From: Antechinus flavipes
Taxonomy: Eukaryota
DNA length: 64,000 nt
Direction: 5' to 3'
Assembly (NCBI RefSeq): GCF_016432865.1
Contig: NC_067398.1
Span: 3,038,001 to 3,102,000, forward strand
Shown: piece after piece, positions 48,291 to 59,203 of the stretch
How positions within the stretch are numbered: position 1 is the stretch's first letter
How the letters are laid out: the number at the start of each line of letters is the position of its first letter
Notes under the pieces: model-generated
Databases searched by the model: none
Told to the model about the DNA's origin: nothing
Seen by the model: only the letters and a program-made list of their open reading frames with translations
Translations under genes and position numbers: made by a program

Positions 48291-51200
48291 ATCCCTGGCC
48301 CTTCCCAGGGGAATCATGACGAAGGATTCCGCCCTGAGAAGTGTGTAAAACGACGCGCTCAGAAACAAACGCCCTTCTCCACTCCCGCTCAGGTTGGGGA
48401 AGGGTCCGTCACTCAGTGCCCCGCAGACTGCGGGGCCTCCAGGGCAGGGACCCTCGGCGCTCGGCGCAACGCCTGCCAGTAGCAGAGAAAGGCTGTTTTG
48501 TTGGCCCGGGGAGCTCTCGGGCCGCCTGTTTGCTCTGCCCTGTCCCCCGCACACCCGGCCCGCCGCACACACTTGGCACCCCCTTCACCTCCCAAGCTCT
48601 TCTCGTCCCACAGAGCGACCTCCAACGCCCCCAGAACCACCTTGTGGCCCCCCGCCCCCGGCCCATCTCCCTGGGCCTACCTCCCCTCCAAGGAAGGAGG
48701 CCTTGACTGCTGGCGTCCAAGGCTCTGCCACGCCTCCCACATCCTTCCTGCCGAGCTCCTCTGACACCCCCCCCACTCTGAGACCCCCAGCCCTTTGCCA
48801 CTGGACACCGCCGGTAAGCTCCGGAACGCCCGTTGCTGCTTCCCCATCTCCCCTCCTAAGACCCGGCTCGGATCCCAATTGGGCACAAAGTCTTTCCAGA
48901 AACGGCCACTTTTGTCTCGGCCACGGGGGATAGCATCAGTAGGAAGCCGACCGCTGCTCCAGGAGAATAGAAAGTGGGAGAGAGACAACAGATGCGGTGC
49001 CGCCGTTCCCCAGTGCCGCTGTTCCCCGGTGCCACTGTTCCCTGGTGCCTTCCTCTGGGTCCCGATCCCTTAGCGCCGGGCGTCACACAGCAGGCGCTTA
49101 ATAAATGCTTTTGGACTGACTGTGTCAAAGTACGTTAGAGCTTCTCTTCTCAATCCAAAGTTCCCAGATCTCCCCGAGGGAAACCTGGTCGGTGCTTTTA
49201 AGCACTTCCTAGGGAGTAGCGGCCCCCCTTCTCTTAGGAAAGGTGCAAAAGGCAGAGGGTGACAGATGGCGAGGACCCCCCTCGGAGCAGAGCCTCCTGC
49301 CATTCCCAACACGGGGGTGGGGGGGACACCCGGGAGCAGCAGTTAAGGAGGGGCTCCAGCCTACAGTCTCTGCGGCCACCCGAGCTGCAGGACCGTCTGT
49401 TCGGGCCTAATAAGACAAAGCAGAACTTGTAGCTCCCCCTGGATCGTGTAACCAGACTTTGTCACATCATGAATCATTCTTGCTCAAGATTTCTGGAACC
49501 GTCCCTCCAGAATCCCTTGGGTGCTAGGGATCCATCCCGAGAGGCCGGCCGTCTCCTCGGACGACAAACCTGGCCTTTGTGTTAACGACAGATCAGTCCG
49601 ACTCGTTTCCGGCAGACCAGTGCCCAAGAGAGCTTTTCCTGGACCTTTGTTACCGGCCAAGCGGAGAGAGCTGATCAGCAAAGACCCCGGATTAGAACGG
49701 GCCCTGTCCCAAAGAAGAGGAAAAAGGGAGAAAAACGGCTAAAAAAGAAAACAGAACGAAACCACGGAAACAGGAATAATTACAGCTCTCCTCGGTAGAA
49801 CCCAGTTCGTGGAGTCCTTTAAAGATGCTCAAGAGGAATGTGAGAGAGAAAAAAGAAAAGGGAAATTCTCTGGGGTGGTTACCTTTTAAATGGACAAACT
49901 GTCTTCCCATGAGGGTCGCCTCTCCGGACCATCCCCCTGCAGCTCTGGCTGGGCCTGGCAGGGGCGAAGGCCGGCCTGGGCAGGGTCTCCTCCTCTGCCC
50001 TTGTCTCTCTCCCGGGCCCCGGGGGAGGGCAGGAACAGCCCTTCCAGGCAGGCACTCAACAAACCTGATGCCATGTGAGACCACGGTGTGAGAGCAGCTT
50101 CTTTCTCCTGGCCACGCTCAGGGATGGACGTTTGCCCCCGGCGACCCCTCCAGGTCTCGGAGGAAGCTCTTCTCGCTGCCTCTGAACATCACGCTCTCAC
50201 TTTTCTGATTTCCCTTCAAGCCCAAGGTCATCGAAGGCAGGCCTTCCTTCTCCCTGAAGCCGCGTCGCCGTCGAGTCGGAGCCTTTGGGGACGATGCCGG
50301 CTCCTGTTGCCACGGGGAGGATGCCGGACCTGGATGGCTCAGCTCTGCCGGACAACCTGTCTCTCCAACAGGTCACTCTGCCCGCTGAGGTCAGCCTCGC
50401 CCAGGCAGGGGCCTGAAGAGGAGCCCACTGGAAGCTTGTTCCCCTGCTCCCAGGGTGGAGAGGCCGGTGCTCGAAGCGGGGAGGATCGGCCAGGTGTGAG
50501 ACGCTCGTCGTGGCCCCTGGTCAGCAAGGCAGTTCTGGACCCAATGCCAGGGATGGCCTGAGGCGGGCCTTCGGCCCCGAGCCGCAGCCTTTGCAGTGAG
50601 GGGGCCGGGGCCGGCAAAGTCTGCCGCCGTGTGCCCACAAGAGGGGCCAGAGCCGGGCAGCAAGGACGTGATCCTTAGGTGCCCAGCCTGAGCTGCCCTG
50701 GAAGCCACAGAACACAGCAAGGAAACCCCGCAGAAAGCAGAGTTCCCCCTCCCCGCCACAGGCCCCCAGGCCTGCCTAACACAAAGTTTCAATTCAGGAA
50801 GTCGGGAGGACTGGCCACTCAAGGGGAACCTAAGTCAACGTGCCCTCACTAAGCCCCTATTATGTGCCAGGCACCCACTAAGTGCCGGGAATGAAACACG
50901 GCTGGTGAGCTTTAACTCAAACGCTCAGAGAATCGTCGTCTTGTGGCTCTGAGGCCTCCGGGGGCCCGGCTGGGTCTTGGGGGCTGTTCTGGGCCTGCTC
51001 AACGTTCAGAGACTGGGATGGGAGCAAACCCTCGCCATCATCCTCACCCCTATGGCTGCTGGGGGTGCCGCGACAGGGCAGACAGGAAGCCCGCCGGCCC
51101 CTCCCCACACCGCTGCCCACCACGAGTGCTGGCAAAAGTGAACTAAAGCCGCAGGGAGGTCTCCATGGGGGCCCCCAGCCACGGGGTCAGGGAGCCCGGG

Positions 51201-51599
51201 GGCAGCTCGAAGGGCCACGACGCAGAAACCACTTTTATGGAGGTCAGGGAAGGAAACAGGGGAGCAGAGGCTCTGGGGGCTCCCTGGGACCCGAAGGGAG
51301 GAGGAAGGGCAACGCTCCTGGTCCTCGCACAGCTCCGACGGCCCCACGTGCCCGGCCCACGTGGCCACCGTGGGCAACACAGCTGCCCGCTCCCCCCCCC
51401 CGCCGCCGCCGAGACAACTCGGACTTGGAACACGGAAGCTCCCGCGCAGCCGCCCAGCATGTCTCCCTTCACCTGGCACCCCCCCCCCCTCCCAGGTCTG
51501 GGAGCGGAACAGAAATCACGACTCCCAAAGGAAAAGCGTCAACGGGAAGTGGTCAATAAGGCTCTTTCTGGGAACACAAGGGCGGAGGCGGCAGGAGCC

Positions 51600-51745
51600 G
51601 GCTCTGGGGCTCAGAGGTTCTGGAGCTGGGATTCTAGGCTTTAGGCTCTGGGTTCTGAGCTCTAGATTCTGGGCCCTGGGGCTTTGCCCTCTGGGGCTGG
51701 GCACGGGCTCTGGAGCTCTAGATGCCGGACTCCAGGGCTCCGGGG
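51600..51745. repeat. degenerate 7-bp (gctctgg)-type low-complexity repeat
   Basis: gctctggggctc...gttctggagctg...gctctgggttctgagctctag...gctctggagctctag. Confidence 0.55.
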
Positions 51746-53194
51746 CCGGGCGTGGCTCCTGGTCATCCCTTTCTGCCCCGAGGGCCCGGGTCCCAAGGAG
51801 CACAGGGGGCTGGGCCGCAGACGGGGGTCCCAGAGGCAGTACTTAAGGGCCAGAGAACCGGGCTGGCCCTGGCTGGCAGCGTGACCATCCTCGGGCGCCT
51901 CGGTTTCCTCCTCCGTAGGAAGGGAACGATGATGCTGGAGGTTTCTCTGGCTCCGGCTGGTTGAGCCTTTTTGTGGCCCCCCAGGTTCCAGGATTGGGGG
52001 AGGGAGGAGCTGAATCACGGCAGCACTTCTGGGACATCTGCGGGTGCAGCTGAAGGTTGGGCGGCTCCTCAGATTTCCAACGATGAAAGGCCTCCCTCTG
52101 CTGGCGGCCCGCAGCGAAGAAACCCAGGGGCTGCCTCCGGCGGCCAGCTGCCGGACAGGCTCCGCCCACTCAGCCCCCAGCCCAGCCGGGGCCCGGGCAC
52201 CCACGCCATTTGGGCCTGCCCCCGTCCCAGCCACGCCGCGTGTGCCCAGCGTCCCCCTTTCTCTCCTGCCAGGACGAGGTCGTCCCGTGTCGCCGCCCCC
52301 CTAAACCCCAGCTTCTCGGGTCTCGGGACCGAACGCGGGGGTCGCGACGTCACGATTCATCGTCAGCAAATGTTCCATTTGCACGCTTAGCTTATGAAGC
52401 TGCAGAGCCGGGCCCGTGTGAACTGGTCTTGGGCAAAAAGAGGGAAAGTGCCCCCCATGCAGCTGGCACAACGTCCCGAGGGCTCCAACAGCTCAGGAAG
52501 TGCCGGAGCATCTGGGACGGAACCTCAGAGACCCACCGGGCCGGGCCCCCTGGAGGAGCAGCCTCAGACCCCCCTGGGCCGGCTGCCAGAGAATGCCCCC
52601 CTGCAGACCCACCACGCGGGGCTCTGAGCAGCCTGGCTCAAAATGAGGGGACTGCGGGAAGGTCTGGCAGGACCCCACCTGTCTCCCCACCCTGATCTCC
52701 CTCACCCGTGGTGGGCTCCAGGTCCTCTGGCCTGAGGGCTGGGAGAGCGCCCCCTCCCATCCCCCTTCTTCTTTGCACAGACCTCCACCAAGGGGCCCCT
52801 GCCCACAGGGCAGTTGGAGAGCCTGGGCAGGCCCTTTGACCTCTGCCCGCCTGGGCTCCTCCTCTGTAAGATGGGCTTGCGCGACGTGCCTCGGCCCCTT
52901 GGGTGCGCTATAAATGCCAGCCGGCCGCTGGGACGAGCCAAAGGCCCTCTGCCCTCGCACTCGTGCCCCCTATGGGAATCCTTAGACTTGGTTCAAGCTC
53001 CCGGGCCTCCTCCCCTAAGAAGCCTCCCTGATTTCCCCTCGTGCCAGTTACCTGGGCTTCTTCCTCGCCTCAGAGGAACCAGCTCTTTAGGCTGCCCCCC
53101 CCCCCTCACGGAAGCAGGGAGAGGTCTCCGAGGCACCGGGAGTAAGGGGGGAGCCAAAGGACCCGCAGACCGGGGCAGGGCCGGGCCCACTCAC

Positions 53195-53283
53195 CTGCGT
53201 CTCCAGGAGCTGGAACTCCAGGTGAAAGGTCACATCTCGGCAGCCTCCGGCCAGGCGGCCCTTTCTCAGGATCCTGGGCCCGT
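53195..53283 (-). CDS. CENPP: centromere protein P coding exon 3
   Basis: tcgcAG|AC GGG...ACG CAG|GTGAGT, 89 nt. Encodes NGPRILRKGRLAGGCRDVTFHLEFQLLETQ (human ...HRLSGNCHMVTFQLEFQILEIQ). Confidence 0.94.
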
Positions 53284-53415
53284 CTGCGACACGGAAAAGA
53301 GACGTGAACGTCGGCGAGCCCTGGGCCGGTTCTTTGGGGAGCCCTGCCGCTGCCCTGTGCCCGGGGGGCCGCCCTCCCGACGTGCCCTTTGGAGGGGGCT
53401 GGCACACAGCAGACA

Positions 53416-53655
53416 CAGGCGCTTCCTGTGATCAGCCCCGCCCCTCCTCCCCTGCCCCACACAGTAGGGCTTCCTGTGATCAGCCCCGCCCCTCCTCCCC
53501 TGCCGCACACAGTAGGGCTGCCTGTGATCCGCTCCGCCCCTCCTCCCCTCCTCCCCTGCCGCACACAGTAGGGCTTCCTGTGATCAGCCCCGCCCCTCCT
53601 CCCCTGCCCCACACAGTAGGGCTGCCTGTGATTAGCCCAGGCCCCACACACAGTG
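53416..53655. repeat. 48-bp VNTR, about 4.5 copies
   Basis: gcttcctgtgatcagccccgcccctcctcccctgccccacacagtagg; units start at 53421, 53469, 53517, 53573 and 53621. Confidence 0.92.
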
Positions 53656-54435
53656 GGTGCTTATTGCGCTTAGTCTAGGTGGCGTCCCGCAGACGTGCCC
53701 AGGGAAAAGCGGAAAGAGGGAGCGTGAAGAGGCCGTGGAGACGCCACAGCCCTGCAATCAGCGGGGCGAGACCCCTGGCCCGGAGCAGTCACCAAGCCAC
53801 CCCCAGGCCAAGGCGATGAGCACGGCGCCCTTGGGGCGCACTTGAGGCCGGCCTGTCAGACGGGCATCTGTGAAGCTGGCTCTGGTGCCACGCTCCCCAT
53901 GACACAGCCACGGGCTTGGGAGGGGGTCCTGCTCTGCCCTCCCCCAGCCACAAAGCCCTGGGGTCTTCTCAGGACGCCCCGCCCCCAGCCCTCCCCGCCC
54001 TCTGTGGGTGAGCTCCTATTTACTCAGACCACGGCTCGTCAGCCCCCGGCTCCGAGGGTTGTTTCCCCACCGGTCGCCGAGCAGGGCTGGCTCCTGCCCT
54101 TTTCCTCTCGCCGGGGCCCTCCTGGGCACACGACGGGCACCCGGTGACTACCAGCCTCTCTCCCAGGCTCGGCTGAGGCGGCTGCCTCTCACCCACGTGC
54201 CCCCGGACACTCACTGAGCCAGGAAACTTCCCGGAGGAGCCCAGCTGGCTTTCGGGAACCCCCCCTCCATCCCTTTTCCTCCCAGGGGCCCGGGAGCAGG
54301 GGCCGCCCCCCCAAGCGACGCCGGGTGTCTGAGCCGCGGCTGCCCAGGACTGGGTGAGGGAGCGGGCGTCTGAGGCACGGGTCAGAGCGAAGCCTCGGGA
54401 AACTGCCCGGGACCAGGGAAAACCAAGACGCTCAC

Positions 54436-54620
54436 TCCTCTGCATCCCCTCCGCGCTTCCCGGGAGCTCGGCTCTGGTCACGGAGTAATCGGTTATCCTG
54501 ATGCCGGTGACCTCAGAGAGGAAGGAGAGGCCGGATTCCAGGCGCTCAAGCTGGGCTTCCGAGGCCCTGGCAGGCTCCGCTCGGCCCGCGGGAGGCTGCT
54601 CGTCATCCTGGCAGAAACGT
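54436..54620 (-). CDS. CENPP: centromere protein P coding exon 2
   Basis: ttgcAG|A CGT TTC...AGG A|GTGAGC, 185 nt. Contains QLERLESGLSFLSEVTGIRITDYS (human QLGHLESELSFLSTLTGINIRNHS). Confidence 0.93.
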
Positions 54621-54719
54621 CTGCAATGGGGGGACGGTGAGTCAGAGGGAGAACTCGCTACCCGGCTCCTGCCCAGAGCCTCCCAAAACCCCGGACGTCG
54701 GGGCGCAGAGCAACCAGCA

Positions 54720-55095
54720 CGGCGCACGTGTGTGTGGCGCCGGCGTGAGCACAACTACAAGGTGCGCACACACACGTGTACCTGTGCATCGTGAGCATGG
54801 GAGCACCCGGGCGAGAACACGCATGTGTGTGAGCGCTTGTGTGCTCACAGCGTATATCTGTGTGCCGTGTGCATGCATGCGTGCCCCAGCACGAGAACAT
54901 GTATGTGTATGAAGGCTTGTGCGCTCGCAGTGTATACCTGTGTGCTGTGCATGTACATGTGTGCATGTGCATGTGAGCCAGTGCGAGAGCATGCATGTGT
55001 GTGTTATGCTCACAGTGTGTATCTGTGTGCCCCGCGCAGGTGTGTACGCGTGTAGCTGCATATCCCTGTCCGCATCCCTTTGCTGTGCACTGTGC
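54720..55095. repeat. TG/CA-rich alternating purine-pyrimidine tract
   Basis: About 370 bp of gtgtgc/atgtgt/gcatgc units in CENPP intron 1. Confidence 0.8.
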
Positions 55096-55395
55096 AAGTT
55101 TGGGGAAGGCCCCTCCCCCCGCGCCCACGCCCGCTCTCCCACCAGCTTCCCATCGGCTCCCTGACCCCGGGGCCCGGCTCTGCTATGACAGATGCCCCTC
55201 CCCCACCTGCCAACCGGACAGGTGTGCCGGTGGGCCACAGCCCTTCCCCTCCAGGGCACAAGGGGGCACCTGCCGCACTCCCTGTCCCCACCCCCGTCAG
55301 CTGCCAGGCACGCCTTCCCCTCAGCTGGAACCGGCCCCAGCTCCCGCCTCCGAGCCCCCGCCCACCCGCCGCACCACCCACGACTGGGGGCCTAC

Positions 55396-55658
55396 CGGGT
55401 CGGGTCCGGGTCCGGAACCGGGTCGGCTTCGGGACGACTCCGCTCGAGGCGCCTGCGCAGCGCGGCAATCTCGGCCCGCAGGGTCCGGAGCTCCTGCTGC
55501 TGCCGCAGCCGCTGCCGCTGCCGCCGCTGCTGCTCCTCCTGCTCCCGCCGCTGCTCCCGCCGCTGCCACTGCCGCTGCCGCTGCCGCTGCTCCTTCAGCA
55601 GCTGCTCCCGCCGCTGCCGCCGCCGCTCCTGCTGCTCCCGCCGCCGCTGCTCTTCCAT
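55396..55658 (-). CDS. CENPP: centromere protein P coding exon 1 with a Q/R/E-rich N-terminal extension
   Basis: ACC ATG G Kozak start, donor ACC CG|GTAGGC, 263 nt. ELRTLRAEIAALRR matches human EVRALQAEIAALRR, and the phase joins exon 2. Confidence 0.88.
55491..55652. repeat. imperfect CNG (CAG/CGG/GAG) coding trinucleotide tract
   Basis: About 54 consecutive codons are almost all CAG, CGG or GAG on the minus strand. Confidence 0.9.
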
Positions 55659-55899
55659 GGTCTGTGCAGCCCCAGCGGAGAGGGTGCGGGGGTGGGGCGC
55701 GCGCCGGAGCCCAGCTGTTCAAGGCTCCCGCGCGCTGCCGGCACAGACCAACTCCTCACACTTGGGGGGGGAGACGGGGCTGGGGGCGGCGCGGGCCTGG
55801 CCGAGACCACCCCCCACAGAGTGTGTCCGAGACAGCGCTGAAGAAAACGTCGTCCCCACCAGCCCGCCCTCCCTGGAGGGTCCGTCACCCAGGCTGGGG

Positions 55900-56426
55900 A
55901 GCGAATAGCCGGCGACCCGTGGCTTCCGAACCCCTCCCCTGGAGGACCAGTTTACTTCGGAGCTGGTCCTTGAGTGACGTCAGAGTCCGGCACGGACAAA
56001 AGCTTCAACATCTCGATATGCGCATGCGCCTCGCTGAGGAGGCGGGGTCAATGAGCCCCAGCAGGAAGTTGAGGTAGAGTAGGGGAAAAGAAGGAAGGTG
56101 GTGTCACTTTATTTTGCTTCCCTCTGGATAACCGAGTTCGGCTGGCGTTCAAGGGTTCCCTAACTTAGCAGACAAGTGATTTCGATCCATCACCACGAGT
56201 CGCGACGGAGATACCAGACAAGATGCAAAGAAGACAGGGATATAGTCCGGAAACGGAGCGACCGACGGGGCGGGAACGGAGTCCCGGAACTTTGGATAGG
56301 GGAATCCGGGTCCCGCTTGCGGGGAAGAAGGAGAACGGACAGCTGCGCATTCACGTGACCGGAAGTCGGAAGCACGTGTATCGGAAGCCCGGGCCGGGCG
56401 AAGAGGTTCAGCTAGTGAAGAGCACC
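55900..56426. promoter_or_regulatory. bidirectional CpG-island promoter shared by CENPP and NOL8
   Basis: Divergent ATGs at 55658 (-) and 56427 (+). Motifs: CRE TGACGTCA 55975-55982, NRF1 GCGCATGCGC 56020-56029, E-boxes TCACGTGA 56351-56358 and CACGTG 56373-56378, ETS CCGGAAGT 56359-56366. Confidence 0.85.
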
Positions 56427-56565
56427 ATGGCTGCGAGCCCCGGAGAACGGCGGCTCTTCGTGGGCGGCCTCGGGCCCTCGGTCACGCAGGACGACGTGCG
56501 TGCGCAGCTGGGCCGCTTCGGGGTCGTGTCCTCCGTGGAGCTCGTGTCTCGGGTAAATGAGCTCG
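56427..56565 (+). CDS. NOL8: nucleolar protein 8 coding exon 1 (RRM start)
   Basis: ACC ATG G start and CTC G|GTAAGG donor, 139 nt. Encodes MAASPGERRLFVGGLGPSVTQDDVRAQLGRFG (RNP2 LFVGGL). Confidence 0.93.
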
Positions 56566-57106
56566 GTAAGGCCAAAGGGAAGGGAGCCCCAGCTCCAGTT
56601 TCCGCGCTGGGGCCGTCACCGGGTCCCGGGATCCCGCTTCGGCCCCTTTTCCCACTCAGAGTCCCGCAGGGCCCTTTGTCTCTGGCCTCCCCGAAGCCCA
56701 ACGTCCCGCCCCCATTCCGGAGCTCTTTCCGTCAGTTGTTCCAACCACTCTTGGCGGGTGCGCTTAGTGAGAGCTTGCTGAGTGCCCCGAACTTCCCTCA
56801 GAGGGAAGGTTGGGGGAGGGAGCCTACCCGCGTGCCTGGGGCACACCAGAGGTGCTAAATCCGTGCTCATGGTGCCTCATTCGGAAAATGGAGGAGCGGC
56901 AGCCCCCCCCCCAAGCAGCTATTAAACTCTTGCTGTGTAACGGTCTTCTGTGGGAAGATCTGAGGGTGAGGAGATGAGCGCCCCGGCCCTGGCTGACCTG
57001 GAGCTCTCTCCCTCCCGTCCTCCAGCTGGAGGCTGACCTCTGACCCTTGTGGGAGCCAAGGCCGGGACTCTCCCTGCATATGCATCTTTGCGAGTTCTCT
57101 CCCAGC

Positions 57107-57470
57107 CACGCCCTCCTCGCACGCTCCGCGCCCACACTCCCCGCACACGCTCCCTGCATGCTCACCCCCGCGCCCTCCCCGCACACACTCCCCGCGCCCA
57201 CGCTCACCCCCACGCCCTCCTCGCACGCTCCCCGCGCCCTCCCCGCACACACTCCCCTCGCACGCTCACCCCCGCGCCCTCCCCGCACACACTCCCCGTG
57301 CCCACACTCCCTGCACACGTTCTCCTTGCGTGCTCTCCTTGCACACGTTCTCTTTGCACACTGTCCTTGCACACTCTCCTTGCGTGAGTCCTCCTTGACC
57401 GCTCTCCTTGCACGCTCCCTGCGTGTGTTCTCGCACTCTCCTCTCGCGCTCCTTGCTCGCCCTTTGCTAA
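57107..57470. repeat. C-rich imperfect minisatellite in NOL8 intron 1
   Basis: cacgctccccgcgccctccccgcacacactcccc units followed by tctccttgcacac units. Confidence 0.8.
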
Positions 57471-57891
57471 GCGCTCTCTCCTGACCCGGTGTGATGTTCT
57501 CTGGGAGCGCCTTCCTTTCGCTCAGAAATCCCCCCAGACGCAGCCAGGAGTCCTTTATCGGCTCCTCCCTTGGCCCGGGCAGCTTTCTTAGCGGCCCCTC
57601 CCTCTCCCTGGCTCCTGCCGCTCGTCCTCCGCCGGCTTCAGCCTCCAGCACGAAGGGGGACGATGGAATGAATCTGTCTCAGCCTCCGAGAGCTTCCGGC
57701 GCCTTCCTGGCTCCGAGGCTTCTCCCTTCCACGCCCCACACTGAGCACAAACCACTCCTTCTATGGCTAGGAAACCGTTATCTATTGTAGGGTCAAGTCA
57801 GTGCTGAGCCAGGCTTGACCGCTGTCTCCTCAGTTCCACTTAGTTAGCACCTTGTGAGAATCCTAGCAGCCCGTCACGGTTTCTGCTAACG

Positions 57892-57910
57892 CCCCCCCCC
57901 CCCCCCCCCC
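57892..57910. repeat. C19 homopolymer
   Basis: 19 consecutive c just upstream of the branch-like CTAAC (57921-57925) of the NOL8 exon 2 acceptor. Confidence 0.9.
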
Positions 57911-57948
57911 GGTCGCGGCTCTAACCCGCTTTGTCCGCTCGCTCCCAG

Positions 57949-58011
57949 GGCTCCCGGAGAAGACCTTCGCCTATGCCAACGTGCGGCTCTCTGAAGGTGA
58001 CCTGAAGAAGT
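57949..58011 (+). CDS. NOL8: NOL8 coding exon 2
   Basis: ctcccAG|GG CTC...AAG T|GTGAGT, 63 nt. Encodes GLPEKTFAYANVRLSEGDLKK (RNP1-like KTFAYANV). Confidence 0.93.
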
Positions 58012-58656
58012 GTGAGTGTCGGGGCCTCCCCGTGTCTGCTCCCTTCTCTCCCTTTATGCGCCCCGTCCTGCGGCAAGGAAGGCTGACGGGCTGGGTCTCG
58101 GGGATCCTCGGTGCTCCCCCACAGCTCTCCCAGGGCCACGAGCCCATCGCTTCTCTCCCTTCTCCGAGGTGACATTGGGGGGGGGGGTGGCTCGTGAGTC
58201 CCCTCCCCCGTCTGGGCAGAGAGGCTTGAGGTCCTGGTGGGCAGACCCTGCAAGGCCGCGTGCGCAGCCAAGCTCCACTTTCTACAAGGGGACTTTTGTG
58301 AAGCCGGACCCGAGGGTCCCGCGGTCAGAGGCCAGGCCACCCCTGGGGCAGGGCCTGGTTCCCAGTGGGGTTGGGTGGGCAGGCCCACATTGCCTCTGAA
58401 AATCTGGGTGTAAGAGGACCTGGGCAGTGGGGGTTGGGACGCAGAAAGCGGGGGCCTGTGAGTCGGCACAGAGCCAGGAGCCGCACACAGGGCACAGCCA
58501 CGCCACGGGACGTTCCGGGCCCGGCTCTGGGAGGCCCCGATGCCCTCCCTGCCCGAGCTGCTGTGAGAAAAGTGGCAAAAACCTTGTGTTTGGGGCGCCT
58601 AGCTTGGGGGCGCCCCCTGGGGCGGGCACAAAGGAAAGGCCGGTTCTGTTCTGTAG

Positions 58657-58735
58657 GTATGTCCGCTTTAAACAAGACCACCTGGAAGGGCGGCACCCTG
58701 CAGGTCCAGCTGGCCAAAGAGAGCTTCCTGCACAG
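58657..58735 (+). CDS. NOL8: NOL8 coding exon 3
   Basis: ctgtAG|GT ATG TCC...CAC AG|GTATGG, 79 nt. Encodes CMSALNKTTWKGGTLQVQLAKESFLHR. Confidence 0.95.
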
Positions 58736-59067
58736 GTATGGCGGGAGCCATGGAGGCCAGAGAGCATACCTGGGGGGTGGGGAATGGGGGGAGGCTGTAC
58801 GTGTGCAGAGCCGCAGCAGCCGGGGGGGGTGGGGGTGGGAGTGAGCGTGTGCACATGCCCCAGAGAGGTCGGGGAGCAGGTCGCACCCTGCAGTGGTGCA
58901 GTGCCCGAGTAGGGGACCCTGCAGCCTTTAGAAGGGGCTGGGGGGAGCAAGAGAAGGCCGAAGGACACCAAAAACATGGGCCTGACCCTGGGTGCCAAGA
59001 TGCCCCCCTCTCCTGCCCGGGGGCACAAGGGTTACTCTGGCACCCTGGTTGGCATTCTGGGTTTCAG

Positions 59068-59203
59068 GCTGGCAGAGGAGAGGCTTCAAGCCAAAGCGCA
59101 GCAGGAGGCCTGCCCACAAGGGGGCAGCACAGCCAGCCCACCCACAATCTTGGAGTTCCATATGAAAAAAGCTGTGCCGGGAACCGAGGTGCCGGGACAC
59201 AAG
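59068..59203 (+). CDS. NOL8: NOL8 coding exon 4 (ends at a GC donor)
   Basis: tttcAG|G CTG GCA...CAC AAG|GCAGGT, 136 nt. Encodes LAEERL...FHMKKAVPGTEVPGHK. Confidence 0.9.

Noticed and set aside
52366-52382. Inverted half-octamer GCAAAT-n5-ATTTGC beside CRE-like GACGTCA
   Set aside because: Six-bp arms arise readily by chance in 64 kb, and there is no other evidence of function.
55661-55955. Possible CENPP 5' UTR intron (GTAAAC donor at 55955, cacAG|ACCATG acceptor at 55662)
   Set aside because: The acceptor has a poor pyrimidine tract and the donor is moderate. It cannot be supported without transcript data, and it would not change the protein.
54995-56077. 360-aa + strand ORF with poly-Ala, plus overlapping poly-Leu/Pro and Cys/Arg ORFs
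   Set aside because: These are antisense and alternative readings of the CENPP CNG tract and CpG island. CNG repeats lack stops in most frames, and there is no recognisable domain.
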